Source: a virus (taxonomy: Duplodnaviria; Heunggongvirae; Uroviricota; Caudoviricetes). Taken from it: a stretch of DNA of 64,000 nt. Location of the stretch: IMG/VR virus record IMGVR_UViG_3300028833_000055, positions 46,446 through 110,445 of that record; one strand, given 5' to 3'. Under the pieces are notes generated by a model. The model was given only the letters and a program-made list of their open reading frames with translations. It had not been told where the DNA came from and searched no databases. Of this stretch, positions 38,094-48,424 are shown one piece after another (positions within the stretch are counted from its first letter, which is position 1; the number at the start of each line of letters is the position of its first letter). A program made the translations under genes and the position numbers.

Positions 38094-39446
38094 TTATGAT
38101 TTTATTTTCCTTTTCAGTTCATAGAGGTCTTCTAGATACATTTCCTTCGTATCTTTCCTTGAATACTCGTCTATCTGCTCCTTTTTCACCTTCGTCTTGT
38201 TCAGCAGTTCATCATACTTCTCCTTTGTAAGAGAATGAATGGGCATATTCAGAAGATAACTGTAACTTCCATCCATCCTGTCGAACTTGTTTTCGTCCAG
38301 CCAAGATACGATTTCATCCTTCGGTACATTGTTCACCACAAGTTTCCTGCTTATTATCGCCTTTATGAACTTCGCCCTCATAATCATCTCGTTGAGTTCT
38401 TCCGTCCATTTTCCAATCAGATAATCCTTCCTCTTCTGGTAGTATCCCATCCTGAAATCCACGAAATAGACAAGCATATCCTCCACACAGTCGAACACTT
38501 TCAGTTTCTCGTTCTCGTCTATCGTGGTGAGGTTTTCCGTAACGGAATCGTTTATCTTCAAAAGTTTTTCAAGTTTCTCCTTGTCTGAAATGATTTTATC
38601 GAACTCATCCTTCTTGAACTTCAACAGATAGTCGATATTTGACGATGAATTGTTGTCATAGTCACGGAGTATCTTTCCATCCACAAGAGAGTCAAGATAC
38701 GCCTCATATTTTTCAAAAGTCATATCCGGCGGAAGTTCCGTGATGTGGATTTCCGGTTTTGTATTCGAAATCTCATATTTTCCGTGAATATACCATTTCT
38801 TCTTGTTGTCTGCATCACGAACCCATTCACCGGAAAATTCCGACAACCAAGGTTTCAATTCCTTCACCTTCTTTCCCTCGATGTGGTTGATACAGTTGTC
38901 GATGACATCCTTCGGATTACGGTTGAGAATATTTGAAGCGAAACCGACAGCGATACCGGAAGAACCGTTCAGTATGATTGTCGGTACTATCGGAAGAAAA
39001 TACTTCGGTTCAATCTCGACACCTTCGTCAATCTGATTCTCGAGTAATTCGAAATCCTTGTAAAGGTTTCTGAAATTCTGTGATAATTTTGTTGATATGT
39101 AACGGGGAGCACCGGCTTCCGGTGAACGAAGTGTTCCGTATTGTCCGATACCGTCGAGAAGTGGAAGGGAATTCTTGAAAGTTTGTCCCATACCAGTCAC
39201 AACTTGGTTGGCGGAAGCGTCACCGTGATGATAGTAAGCGTCGGCAGCCATCTTACCGACAAACTGGAACACCTTCATCGGTTTCTCGCTTCCTGTCTTC
39301 CATATCTTATCGGCAATGTATACGACCTTTCTTGCAGTAGGTTTCAGACCGTCTATCACAGAAGGGATTGCACGGTTCTCAACCACATCCATTGCATATT
39401 CCTTTACCTCTGTATTGAGGAAATCTGTTATGTTTTTAGTTCTCAT
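38094..39446 (-). CDS. gp52: type II DNA topoisomerase, GyrA/ParC-like subunit (T4 gp52-like)
   Basis: RAIPSVIDGLKP, YHHGDAS, AGAPRY (catalytic Tyr), NGSSGIAVGF. Confidence 0.95.
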   Translation of the reverse strand: MRTKNITDFLNTEVKEYAMDVVENRAIPSVIDGLKPTARKVVYIADKIWKTGSEKPMKVFQFVGKMAADAYYHHGDASANQVVTGMGQTFKNSLPLLDGIGQYGTLRSPEAGAPRYISTKLSQNFRNLYKDFELLENQIDEGVEIEPKYFLPIVPTIILNGSSGIAVGFASNILNRNPKDVIDNCINHIEGKKVKELKPWLSEFSGEWVRDADNKKKWYIHGKYEISNTKPEIHITELPPDMTFEKYEAYLDSLVDGKILRDYDNNSSSNIDYLLKFKKDEFDKIISDKEKLEKLLKINDSVTENLTTIDENEKLKVFDCVEDMLVYFVDFRMGYYQKRKDYLIGKWTEELNEMIMRAKFIKAIISRKLVVNNVPKDEIVSWLDENKFDRMDGSYSYLLNMPIHSLTKEKYDELLNKTKVKKEQIDEYSRKDTKEMYLEDLYELKRKIKS

Positions 39447-40569
39447 TTAATTTACATTTTAGAGCACTTATACAATCTTCTAATTTTATTGAATAAATCT
39501 GTAAGTAATTTAAGTTGTTTTCTTTTGCAGTTTTAATTTTTCTAACATCCAAATTCGTCCAAACATCTATCGCTTTATCATAATACTTACCATTTTTTGA
39601 TTTCCATACATTCAATTTCTCAATATCTTCTTTTGAATTTTTATCAAATGGATGTTTACCGTGTGTCCAAGAACCATTTATTTCAATATATAAATCATAT
39701 TTTGGTAAATAAAAATCACAAGAAAATGGATAAACATCAGATTTATATTGTCTTATATAATCAATATTATTTTTGGTAAGATATTCGGAAAACAACTCTT
39801 CTATTTTTGATGTTGAGAATGTTTTTTTATCAACCAATGTATTCAACCTTTTATTGAATATTTCGTTATTTTGAAGAGCGTTTTCACACCCATATTTTTC
39901 TTCCATTATTTGCTTAAATTTATCGGAATGTAAAAATGATTTATTACCATATTTTTTCAAACAAGTTTCCATTTGTTTTTTCTTAGAAATATCTGATTGT
40001 GCATTACTCTCACACCCAAATCTTCTTAAACATGTATCTTTTCTTTTTTGTGTCTGTTCTTTTGTTTCATACAACCCACCATTGTTTCTTCTTCTTGTTT
40101 CTGTCATTTTATCCCTAACTTCTTTTCTCTGTGATGAATTTCTTACACCATATAATTTCATATTCGTTTCAAAATTTTTCTGTGGGTTGTTGTAATTTTT
40201 ATCACCATACCTTTGTTCTTTTGTAATTGTTGATTTTATGTATATATTTTTTCTATCTTTCAAATCACATTCCTTTGAACAATATGTAGAATATCCTGTT
40301 GAAAAAGAATCAAATTTACATCTATTTCCACAAATGGGACATTTACCAAAAAGTAAATTCTCATCGTTTTGTAAAAAATGCCACAATAATTGTCTAAATG
40401 GTAATTCTTCTTTAAAAGAAACTAATTTAAAATCCAAATATAAAACATGGAATATTTTTGAAAATTTAGACTCTCTTACGATAGGATTTTGCTTTGTTGA
40501 ATATCTCTTCAAATATTCAAAAACTTCTTTTTTAGAAGTAATGTTGATTTCATCAATTTCCATAAACAC
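39436..40569 (-). CDS. free-standing putative homing endonuclease (Vsr/DUF559-like PD-(D/E)XK domain, Zn motif, KYG repeats)
   Basis: CPICGN..YCSKEC, TCLKKYG-type repeats, CDFYLPKYDLYIEINGSWTHG; very AT-rich and inserted between topoisomerase genes. Confidence 0.7.
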   Translation of the reverse strand: MFMEIDEINITSKKEVFEYLKRYSTKQNPIVRESKFSKIFHVLYLDFKLVSFKEELPFRQLLWHFLQNDENLLFGKCPICGNRCKFDSFSTGYSTYCSKECDLKDRKNIYIKSTITKEQRYGDKNYNNPQKNFETNMKLYGVRNSSQRKEVRDKMTETRRRNNGGLYETKEQTQKRKDTCLRRFGCESNAQSDISKKKQMETCLKKYGNKSFLHSDKFKQIMEEKYGCENALQNNEIFNKRLNTLVDKKTFSTSKIEELFSEYLTKNNIDYIRQYKSDVYPFSCDFYLPKYDLYIEINGSWTHGKHPFDKNSKEDIEKLNVWKSKNGKYYDKAIDVWTNLDVRKIKTAKENNLNYLQIYSIKLEDCISALKCKLNEN

Positions 40570-40665
40570 AATTTATTATATATAATTGAATAAAATTTCA
40601 ATACATCGTTTATTCAATATATTTATGAAAAATTCTTGAAGGTCTTTCTGTGGTATTGGATAATA

Positions 40666-42543
40666 TTATTTTAATAATTTTTCTTTTCTTTTTTCACTAT
40701 CTTTACCAAACCACACTTCTAGTTCATCTATTGCAGCATCATCAAGTTCATAATAGTAAATATTAGGATTTTGTATAAGTTCTTTATAATCAAAATCTTC
40801 TAAACTACTCAAACCCTTGTAATATTCAATATCCCACTTCGACGGGTCGTTTTTCTCACACCATTCGTCAAAGTCACTCTTACAGTAGAACTTCTCCGAT
40901 TTTCTTCCCTGTCTTGCTATCAAGACGGGTGTCTCGATTCTTGCAATCCTGTGTTCCTTGATGAGTTCCGGCCAGTAGTAGGCGAAGATGTTCAAGAGAA
41001 GCCCGGCGATATCCGCCCCGTCCGTATCGGCATCGGTCAATATATGCACCTCGTTTATACGGAGACTGTCATTGAACACTTTGGTACCACGATATATAAA
41101 CGGACTTCTACCGAACTGCAAACCCATAGCCGCCATAATCCCCTTCAATTCCTCGTTTGCACGAACTTTATCCTTGGATGATACTCTGACGTTCAATATC
41201 TTTCCCCTGATAGGGAACAATGCCTGTGTGTTCGGGTCTCTAAACTTACGGAAACCTGCGGCGGCGGAATCACCCTCCGTGATGGAAAGTGATGTCTTGC
41301 TCTTCTTCAGGGTACCCGCCCATCTGCAATCAACAAGTTTCTCAACTTTCACTTTGGTAATCGCCTTGTTGGCTTCCCTCTCCGCCTTGCTTTCATCGGC
41401 GACTTTCTTTTTGTCGAGCCAGTCGGTGATTGAGTTGGTTATCTCGCTCTTGTAAATCTGTGAAAGGAACTTTTCCGGAAGTTCAATGTTCGTACCGAAG
41501 TTCTTGACATCGGAAATCAGTTTCTCCTTTGTCTGTGATGAAAAACTCGGCCTGATAATCGTAGAGTTCACGAAAAGGAAAATATGGTTTCTTATCTGAC
41601 CAGATAGAATATCCGTCTTGTATTTCTTCGATATTTTCTCCCTCATATAAGGGACAATCTGGTCCATTATATACCAGATATGTGTGCCACCGTCATATGT
41701 ATAGACGGAATTGACATAACTAACAAACTGGAAGTTGCCCGTGGAACTCAACGCAACACCGACCTGCCAGTTTTCATTCTCCGTATACATCAACGGGTTG
41801 TTCTCGTCAAGGTACATATTGCAATAGTCCTTGAACGAGTTTATCATAACTCTTTTTCCTTGAAAGTATATTGTAAGTTTCGGATTGCATCCAGCGATTT
41901 CATAAACCCTCTTCTCCATAATCCTTATGTCATCGTCCGAAATCTCCTTCATACCGAAGCGTGACAGTTCGGGTTTATATGTTATCCTTGTGAAGTGTTT
42001 TGAAGTGGATGTGATTTTCTCCTTTGAGTGTTTCTTCATATTATTTGTCCACTCCATTTCGAATTTCTTCTTCCCATCGGCGGTCTCGACAAGAAAGGAT
42101 GTGGAGAAAATATTCGAGATTTTACTTCCGAGACCATTCACACCAACCCAACTTCTGTCTTCCTCATCATTATAGTTGGATGAGCTTCTCAAATTTCCAA
42201 AAATCATCTGTGGAACATACATCTTCGTATCCTTGTGCATCTCAACGGGAATACCTCCGTTGTCGAATACGGATATGGTACCTTTTGATTTGTCTATCTC
42301 GACCTTTATGGTGTTGAGGGTTGTATTCGGTCTTTTGCTTTCATCCACCGAATTGGATATGATTTCGTCGAAGAGCTTGTGGAAACCGGGATTATACAAT
42401 ACCTCTTTCAACACAAACTTACCGTCTTCGAGTATATACTGGTTTGACTTTTCCGAAACTACACTTCCAAGAAACGAAGCGGGTCTCAGAAGGGTATGGT
42501 CTATGTCGGAAAGTGTTTTATAAATTTCATTGACATCTTTCAT
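40666..42543 (-). CDS. gp39: type II DNA topoisomerase, GyrB/ParE-like subunit (T4 gp39+gp60 equivalent, unsplit)
   Basis: EIISNSVDE, DNGGIP, GVNGLG, TEGDSA, PIRGKILN, DADTDG, YYKGL. Confidence 0.95.
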   Translation of the reverse strand: MKDVNEIYKTLSDIDHTLLRPASFLGSVVSEKSNQYILEDGKFVLKEVLYNPGFHKLFDEIISNSVDESKRPNTTLNTIKVEIDKSKGTISVFDNGGIPVEMHKDTKMYVPQMIFGNLRSSSNYNDEEDRSWVGVNGLGSKISNIFSTSFLVETADGKKKFEMEWTNNMKKHSKEKITSTSKHFTRITYKPELSRFGMKEISDDDIRIMEKRVYEIAGCNPKLTIYFQGKRVMINSFKDYCNMYLDENNPLMYTENENWQVGVALSSTGNFQFVSYVNSVYTYDGGTHIWYIMDQIVPYMREKISKKYKTDILSGQIRNHIFLFVNSTIIRPSFSSQTKEKLISDVKNFGTNIELPEKFLSQIYKSEITNSITDWLDKKKVADESKAEREANKAITKVKVEKLVDCRWAGTLKKSKTSLSITEGDSAAAGFRKFRDPNTQALFPIRGKILNVRVSSKDKVRANEELKGIMAAMGLQFGRSPFIYRGTKVFNDSLRINEVHILTDADTDGADIAGLLLNIFAYYWPELIKEHRIARIETPVLIARQGRKSEKFYCKSDFDEWCEKNDPSKWDIEYYKGLSSLEDFDYKELIQNPNIYYYELDDAAIDELEVWFGKDSEKRKEKLLK

Positions 42544-42632
42544 AACCTAAATATAACAAAAAAAAGTTCATTTTTATGGCTCATTTGTAATATCAAAATA
42601 TAATGTTTAGAAAAAAAAGATGATTTCTTTTT

Positions 42633-43373
42633 TTGTTATTTTTATACTATAAAATATCTTTAATTATGGAAGTTATACTTGATGAACTTACTCCTAAAGA
42701 GTTCTTTTCCAATGGAGGAGTAGTAAAAATCAAACTCGTATCAGAGTTGTTGAAGAAAAGGTTTAAAGGCAGAAACAAGTTCCTTTTCTATGAATACAAG
42801 ATGTATTTGCGTTTCCTAAGGGAACTGTATCTTAAATACATAGACATTTATCCGGATTTGAAACCGGATGAAGTTTACAAGGAGATTCTAGAATCACTGG
42901 AAATATCCTGTTCAATCGGAACGAAGGAATATACAATAGACCCGAATTTCGACAAGGTTCATTCACTTGAATTTTGCAATTTCTATTACTGTTACGATAA
43001 TCTTCCGTCAAGAAAAAACGAAGAGAAGATTGACATATACGGAATGGAGAATGTCAATTTCTCTCTGGTGAACATAGACGATAGCAGATGGGAGAAGTTC
43101 AAGGAACAAAGGATGAGCAGGGGTTTTGACGATTCGGAACTCTGGAATCTGTTTGAAACATTTGCTATGTTCATCCTTCCCAGACTCAAGGTGTTCAGGG
43201 ATAAACATTTCAGTACCCCCGCCAATATGAGCAAGGAGGAGTGGAACGGGATACTCGACGGTATGATTACCGCCTTTGAACTCATAACAAGTGAATATTC
43301 CGATAATGAAGACGAAAGGATAGATTTGGGGTTGAAACTTTTTTCGAAATATTTTTTAAACTTATGGGACTAA
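42633..43373 (+). CDS. hypothetical phage protein
   Basis: ORF with GFDDSELWNL..ILPRLK C-terminal region; start probably MEVILD. Confidence 0.7.
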   Translation: MLFLYYKISLIMEVILDELTPKEFFSNGGVVKIKLVSELLKKRFKGRNKFLFYEYKMYLRFLRELYLKYIDIYPDLKPDEVYKEILESLEISCSIGTKEYTIDPNFDKVHSLEFCNFYYCYDNLPSRKNEEKIDIYGMENVNFSLVNIDDSRWEKFKEQRMSRGFDDSELWNLFETFAMFILPRLKVFRDKHFSTPANMSKEEWNGILDGMITAFELITSEYSDNEDERIDLGLKLFSKYFLNLWD

Positions 43374-43374
43374 T

Positions 43375-44052
43375 ATGAACAAGATAACATTTATATCGGA
43401 TACACATACAAGAAACGGCTGTTTGAAGGATTTACCCGGAGGTGATATCATCATCTTTTCCGGTGACTGTATGAGTTCGGGGTACAAGGTGAAGGAACTG
43501 TCGGAATTTTCAAAATGGTTCTCCAAACAGAACTACACATACAAGGTCTGTATCGCCGGAAACCACGACAGATACTGTGAAAATACCTCGAAGGATTTCG
43601 TCAAGGAGATGTTCTTCGACGAGAATGGTATAATCTACCTCCAAGACGAACTCGTTGAAATCAACGGACTGAAGATATACGGTACGCCATACCAGCCATA
43701 TTTCTGCAACTGGGCGTTCAATGTCAATGACAGCGACAAGCTCAAAAGCATATACAAGATGATACCGGACGGTGTGGACATACTCGTCACACATTGTCCA
43801 CCATACGGAATACTCGACAAAAGTCATATTCCGAGACCTTGGTCTGGACGGACCGGTGAGGAACCACTTGGAAGCAAGGAACTCCTCGAAACCATAAATG
43901 AAATGGAAAACAAACCGAAGGTATGTGTATTCGGACATATACACGGGGACGGAGGCAAAATGATAGAAATTGATGGTGTCAAATATATAAACGCATCCGT
44001 CTGTGACGAGGACTATGAACCGGTCAACGGTATAATTTCAATAGAGATATAA
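43375..44052 (+). CDS. calcineurin-like metallophosphoesterase
   Basis: SDTH, GD, GNHD, THCPP, GHIH. Confidence 0.9.
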   Translation: MNKITFISDTHTRNGCLKDLPGGDIIIFSGDCMSSGYKVKELSEFSKWFSKQNYTYKVCIAGNHDRYCENTSKDFVKEMFFDENGIIYLQDELVEINGLKIYGTPYQPYFCNWAFNVNDSDKLKSIYKMIPDGVDILVTHCPPYGILDKSHIPRPWSGRTGEEPLGSKELLETINEMENKPKVCVFGHIHGDGGKMIEIDGVKYINASVCDEDYEPVNGIISIEI

Positions 44053-44055
44053 AAG

Positions 44056-44083
44056 AAAAGGTGAGGATTTCCTCACCTTTTTT
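44056..44083. terminator. bidirectional intrinsic terminator
   Basis: aaaaggtgagg-attt-cctcacctttt. Confidence 0.8.
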
Positions 44084-45104
44084 ATTCCGTTATCATCTCC
44101 TTGACTTTCTTATAGCTGAATTTTACTTTTGCACCATTTTCTGCATAAATCTTGAACATATTTGTTAGAATCTCTTCAAACTTCTCTTTTCCGAACAGTT
44201 TTTCGAAACCTTCAATATTTTTTCTCAACTTCTTTATATTTTCAGAATCTAACACTTGCGGGTCGTCGTCTCCGAACAATAATGCCGGTTGATATCGCTG
44301 ACCTATATGACCGAGTGATATGACACAGTTTCCATTCTCGAAATGAAGATTCGTTTCCAGCATATAGAGATTGTCTTCATCGTTCCAGAAGGTTGACCTC
44401 ATAATCGGACGGCTCACATCGTTGAATCTGTCGTTACCGTTGAATGTATCACCGACTTTGAGTACAAATTCCGTTAATATTACGAGATTTTTCTCCTCCT
44501 TTCCATATTTATCCATTTCCTTATAAATGGACTTCATATCCACTCCACTTCTTATAATTGCATCTATGGTATTTTTTCTGGATTTCTCGGAATCTTTATC
44601 TGTTTTCCTAATAACTCTTTCCACTTTCAATACATATTCGGCAAACGAGGCGAAATCAACTTTATCCTTGTTCTTCGTCTTCTTATAGTGGTCGAGAATT
44701 TCTTCGATGGCGGTTATTGCTTTTTTTTCACTTTCACTCTCTTCCTCATATACCTCACGGTCGTAACCGTATTTTTTTACTTTATTACCGTTATATTTCA
44801 GCATCTCCTTGTAAGTCTCTATCGCCTTATCCATATCCAGCTCGCCGAGTAATTCCTTGTCTGTAAGTATGTCGTCACGCTGTGCGTAGCTTGTACCACG
44901 TTTTTGTTTACTTTTTCTTGACAGATTGTCTATCGTTGACTCGCTTGCGTTGGCATAGAGGATGTACAGCAGTGCAAATTCCAGATGACTGTACTGACCC
45001 AACCCTTTTGTAATTTTTTTAAGCGACTGGTTTACGTCTTCAAGTTTCCTGGATGAAGTCTCCAGAATAAATTGTTCAAAAAGTTTAATCTTTTCCATAT
45101 TCAT
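44082..45104 (-). CDS. hypothetical protein with KLFEQFILE leader (candidate internal head protein)
   Basis: Leader plus CATAAATA at 45120-45127 (minus). Confidence 0.7.
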   Translation of the reverse strand: MNMEKIKLFEQFILETSSRKLEDVNQSLKKITKGLGQYSHLEFALLYILYANASESTIDNLSRKSKQKRGTSYAQRDDILTDKELLGELDMDKAIETYKEMLKYNGNKVKKYGYDREVYEEESESEKKAITAIEEILDHYKKTKNKDKVDFASFAEYVLKVERVIRKTDKDSEKSRKNTIDAIIRSGVDMKSIYKEMDKYGKEEKNLVILTEFVLKVGDTFNGNDRFNDVSRPIMRSTFWNDEDNLYMLETNLHFENGNCVISLGHIGQRYQPALLFGDDDPQVLDSENIKKLRKNIEGFEKLFGKEKFEEILTNMFKIYAENGAKVKFSYKKVKEMITE

Positions 45105-45119
45105 TTTTTTATCATATTA

Positions 45120-45136
45120 TATTTATGTCATAAATA
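45120..45136. promoter_or_regulatory. back-to-back late-type promoters (TATTTATG-T-CATAAATA)
   Basis: Same palindrome as 21433-21449. Confidence 0.65.
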
Positions 45137-45160
45137 ATATATAAATACAACTAAAGAAGA

Positions 45161-46870
45161 ATGGCCATTTATAATTTCGGCTCCGGTGGTTTTAACGGTA
45201 TGTATCCGTATAATACGGGTGTGTACAATTATAACAATGGAACATATTCATATTCCAACGGTGCTTTGTCATCAAGCACAACGTTTGTGAATGGTATTCC
45301 ATATACACAGAATATAATGATGCTCAACGGCACCGGAGCCGGTTGCGGTGACTCACCGTGCCCGCAGGGATACTCATTGTACTTCCCTTGTCTGAAAAAC
45401 ATAACGAGGGGCGAAGATGTCTGCTTCGAGTTCTATGTCGTGAACAACGAGACGAGGGATGTGGTGGATTTGAGAACCGTGGAAGCCCTCACGATAACTT
45501 TGACTGGAAATTTCGGCTGTGTTCTCGGAACATATATGTATCCAAGTGATGACGGATATATAAGACCGCTTCAATCACAGGAATACAAGCACCTTATAGA
45601 TGAGAATTTTACAGAAAGACCTTTCCGTTATCTTTCCGTGACACTTGTTGACGAAAATCTAGACGAGATTTCCGAGAAGGGTGTGGACGGAAAGATTGGA
45701 AAATACTTTGACGGCGATACTGTGGAACTCAACGCCTATGACACTTCATCGTATATTTTCGTAGGATGGATTGACATAGATGCAGACTATGACGAGGAGT
45801 GTGACGACTTTTATCTGTCAACCGACCGTAGATTTACTTTCGAAATAAAACGGGATATAAACATAGCCGCAGTTTACAGGAAAAGAAAGAAATTCAAGAT
45901 TTCCCTATATCAGGGAAACTCCACATTCAGTTATTTAAAGAACGGCGAGGAGAAACCTCTGTATGACGGATATAATGTGGAGGAAGGAAAACATATCATA
46001 GTAAGGGCGATACCGTACAATGAGATGTTCTTGAACTGGGATGCAAGTGATTTTGGAGAATCCACACATTCGGAAACTGAAAACATAATATTGAAAATAG
46101 AAATGTTGTCCGATGTATTCTTGAAGATAAACGGAATTCCTTTGAATGATATTGGTGAAAGTGATGAACCGGACCTTTATGATTTGAACTTCATTGAATT
46201 TTCGTTCAAGGAACTTATGCGTAACTTGAATATAGAGGAGGATGATGATGTCTTTGAAGACCACGAACTTGTCGAAAACGACCCGAACTACGAGATAACC
46301 TTCTTTGAGAACACGGACATTTCAAGTGTGTTCGATGAATGTAAACCTACGGACTACGACAAGTTGTACTGTTATTATTCCGGCGGTAACTGCATATTGA
46401 GGTTCGGTGACAACGAAGACAACGGATTTGTTGAATTTTCAAATCCTGGCATAGAGACCGAAACAATATTGGAAGTATATTGTATGAAATATGGAGATGA
46501 CAACAGTTCAATTTCCGTATCACTGGACGGTCTGGAATCACAGGTGCAGGAAATAGAGACGGAAGGTTTCAACAAACTTATCTTTGATTTCGAAAAAATT
46601 GACTTCAACAAGATAAAAATATCGTCATTGGGGGATATCTTTCCGGAGGAAAAACCAGGTCAATGTTTCGTAGACAGATTTACCTTGTCCGATATGATTT
46701 TCATCGACAAGGGTAAGGCGGCGTTATGTCTGCCGGGTTCGGAGACGGCCAAATTCTACAGAGGTAAGATTACGGCGACCGGAGCGATAAGGATAAACGG
46801 TGCAAATCACGGACTTCCATGTGCGATGGTTGGAAATGTTATAAATATTCCGATAATAAATATAATATAA
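45161..46870 (+). CDS. putative virion protein with InlB B-repeat-like domains
   Basis: YFDGDTVELNA..YIFVGW..INIAAVY and VEEGKHIIVRAIP..FLNW; late motif upstream. Confidence 0.5.
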   Translation: MAIYNFGSGGFNGMYPYNTGVYNYNNGTYSYSNGALSSSTTFVNGIPYTQNIMMLNGTGAGCGDSPCPQGYSLYFPCLKNITRGEDVCFEFYVVNNETRDVVDLRTVEALTITLTGNFGCVLGTYMYPSDDGYIRPLQSQEYKHLIDENFTERPFRYLSVTLVDENLDEISEKGVDGKIGKYFDGDTVELNAYDTSSYIFVGWIDIDADYDEECDDFYLSTDRRFTFEIKRDINIAAVYRKRKKFKISLYQGNSTFSYLKNGEEKPLYDGYNVEEGKHIIVRAIPYNEMFLNWDASDFGESTHSETENIILKIEMLSDVFLKINGIPLNDIGESDEPDLYDLNFIEFSFKELMRNLNIEEDDDVFEDHELVENDPNYEITFFENTDISSVFDECKPTDYDKLYCYYSGGNCILRFGDNEDNGFVEFSNPGIETETILEVYCMKYGDDNSSISVSLDGLESQVQEIETEGFNKLIFDFEKIDFNKIKISSLGDIFPEEKPGQCFVDRFTLSDMIFIDKGKAALCLPGSETAKFYRGKITATGAIRINGANHGLPCAMVGNVINIPIINII

Positions 46871-46882
46871 TAAAGATAAATT

Positions 46883-48361
46883 ATGAAAAATATATTAAGT
46901 TTTGACGATTTTATTTTGAAAGAATCGGTTCAACTGAATGAAGGACTTCTGCAAAATCTTTTCGGAGCTTTACTCGGACGTGATATGTGGAGTATTATAA
47001 AAGGTGAAAAAGTCATAAAGGATGAGTTCAAGAAGATTGACGATAAATTGAGCGGATTTTATCTGACAAAGATAAAGAATCCGAATGCTTCACAAGATGT
47101 ACGCCAGACTCTTGTCGACTGGGCTGATGAGATATATAAGGCCAAGAAAAAATTAAAGGAAGAAACGGATAAAGCTAAGGAAGGTGACGATAAAGAAAAG
47201 GACAATAAAGAAGATGGAAACAATATTCTTCCGGTATTGATTGGTTCGTTTAAATTTGAAGGCAAGACAGAAGAGGAAATAAAAAAAGAAATAGAAAATA
47301 ACGAAGAACTTAAAAAATTGTCGGAGGATACCAAAGGGAAAATTCTATATGCTTGGAAAAAGGTTCAAGACGACAAGGAACTTTCAAAGAAATTCGATGA
47401 ACTCAAGTCCGAAGTTAAAAAAATAGATGAGAAATATCAGAAAACCCTCGATGATGTAACTGGCAGTTCCGCCGACTTAAAGAGATGGGCGAATATTTTG
47501 AAGGACAGAATGAATGACATTATCGACAAGATTCTTTGCGGTAAATACGGTGAAGACAGTGAACTCGCAAAAGACCTTGAAAAGATACAAGATAAGAAGG
47601 ATAAAAATTTGGAAAAAAAGAACAAAGATGAGTTAAAAGACGAAAACGACCAGTTGAAGAAAATCAACGACGAAAGAAACTCCGTTTTGAAAAAATGTGG
47701 TGTCGATATAGTCGCTGACAATGTAAATGCAGAGGATGTCCTTAAATCTGTGATGGACGAGATAACAAAAAACAAAATAATCGAAGAAAGTATTCTTCTT
47801 GAAAAGAAAATTTCCATAGAAGACTATTCAAAGACAAAACTTCCAAAACTCATAGGACTTAATGTCGAAAATGACAAAAACGGTGAGAGTAAAAACTACG
47901 ATTCTCTCAACAAAACTTTGAAGACTTTGAGTAATGTTGTTCTGAAAACCGTTAAAGAAAAATTCAAGACGTTTGATTCATTGAGTGGTGTGAATTTTCA
48001 AGCGATGCTCACCGCTTATGCAAATCTTCTTTATGCTTGTTATTCAGAAAAAACGGATATGATTACTGATGATATGGTCACTTTGATGGCGAGATGTGCC
48101 ATATACAACAACACCGTGATTGGTTTCGGTCTTCCTTGTCCGGATGAGGATTTGAAAAAGAAAGACGATGAAAAGGTTTCTATGTTCGGATTCTACACGA
48201 ACCAACTTCTTGAATATATAAAGAAACAGAAAAAAGGAGGACAACCGATTTTCAAGAAAATCTACGATGATGTCATGAAGAAAGCGAAATCACTCATAGA
48301 TGAAAACAACAAAGAGGATGAACAGAAACTGAAAGAAGAAGAAAAGGAAAACAAAAAATAA
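46883..48361 (+). CDS. Lys/Glu-rich helical protein with NILSFDDFILKE leader (candidate internal head protein)
   Basis: Leader followed by QLNEG. Confidence 0.7.
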   Translation: MKNILSFDDFILKESVQLNEGLLQNLFGALLGRDMWSIIKGEKVIKDEFKKIDDKLSGFYLTKIKNPNASQDVRQTLVDWADEIYKAKKKLKEETDKAKEGDDKEKDNKEDGNNILPVLIGSFKFEGKTEEEIKKEIENNEELKKLSEDTKGKILYAWKKVQDDKELSKKFDELKSEVKKIDEKYQKTLDDVTGSSADLKRWANILKDRMNDIIDKILCGKYGEDSELAKDLEKIQDKKDKNLEKKNKDELKDENDQLKKINDERNSVLKKCGVDIVADNVNAEDVLKSVMDEITKNKIIEESILLEKKISIEDYSKTKLPKLIGLNVENDKNGESKNYDSLNKTLKTLSNVVLKTVKEKFKTFDSLSGVNFQAMLTAYANLLYACYSEKTDMITDDMVTLMARCAIYNNTVIGFGLPCPDEDLKKKDDEKVSMFGFYTNQLLEYIKKQKKGGQPIFKKIYDDVMKKAKSLIDENNKEDEQKLKEEEKENKK

Positions 48362-48376
48362 CTCTCATTTGATGTC

Positions 48377-48413
48377 AAAAAAAAAAGGTTCCGAAATTCG
48401 GAACCTTTTTTTT
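48377..48413. terminator. bidirectional intrinsic terminator
   Basis: A-tract ggttccgaa-a-ttcggaacc T-tract. Confidence 0.8.
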
Positions 48414-48424
48414 GATTGAGTCTC

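Noticed and set aside
40666-42543. T4 gene 60-like translational bypass or intron in the topoisomerase
   Set aside because: ATPase and TOPRIM motifs lie in one continuous frame, and the endonuclease lies between genes rather than within one
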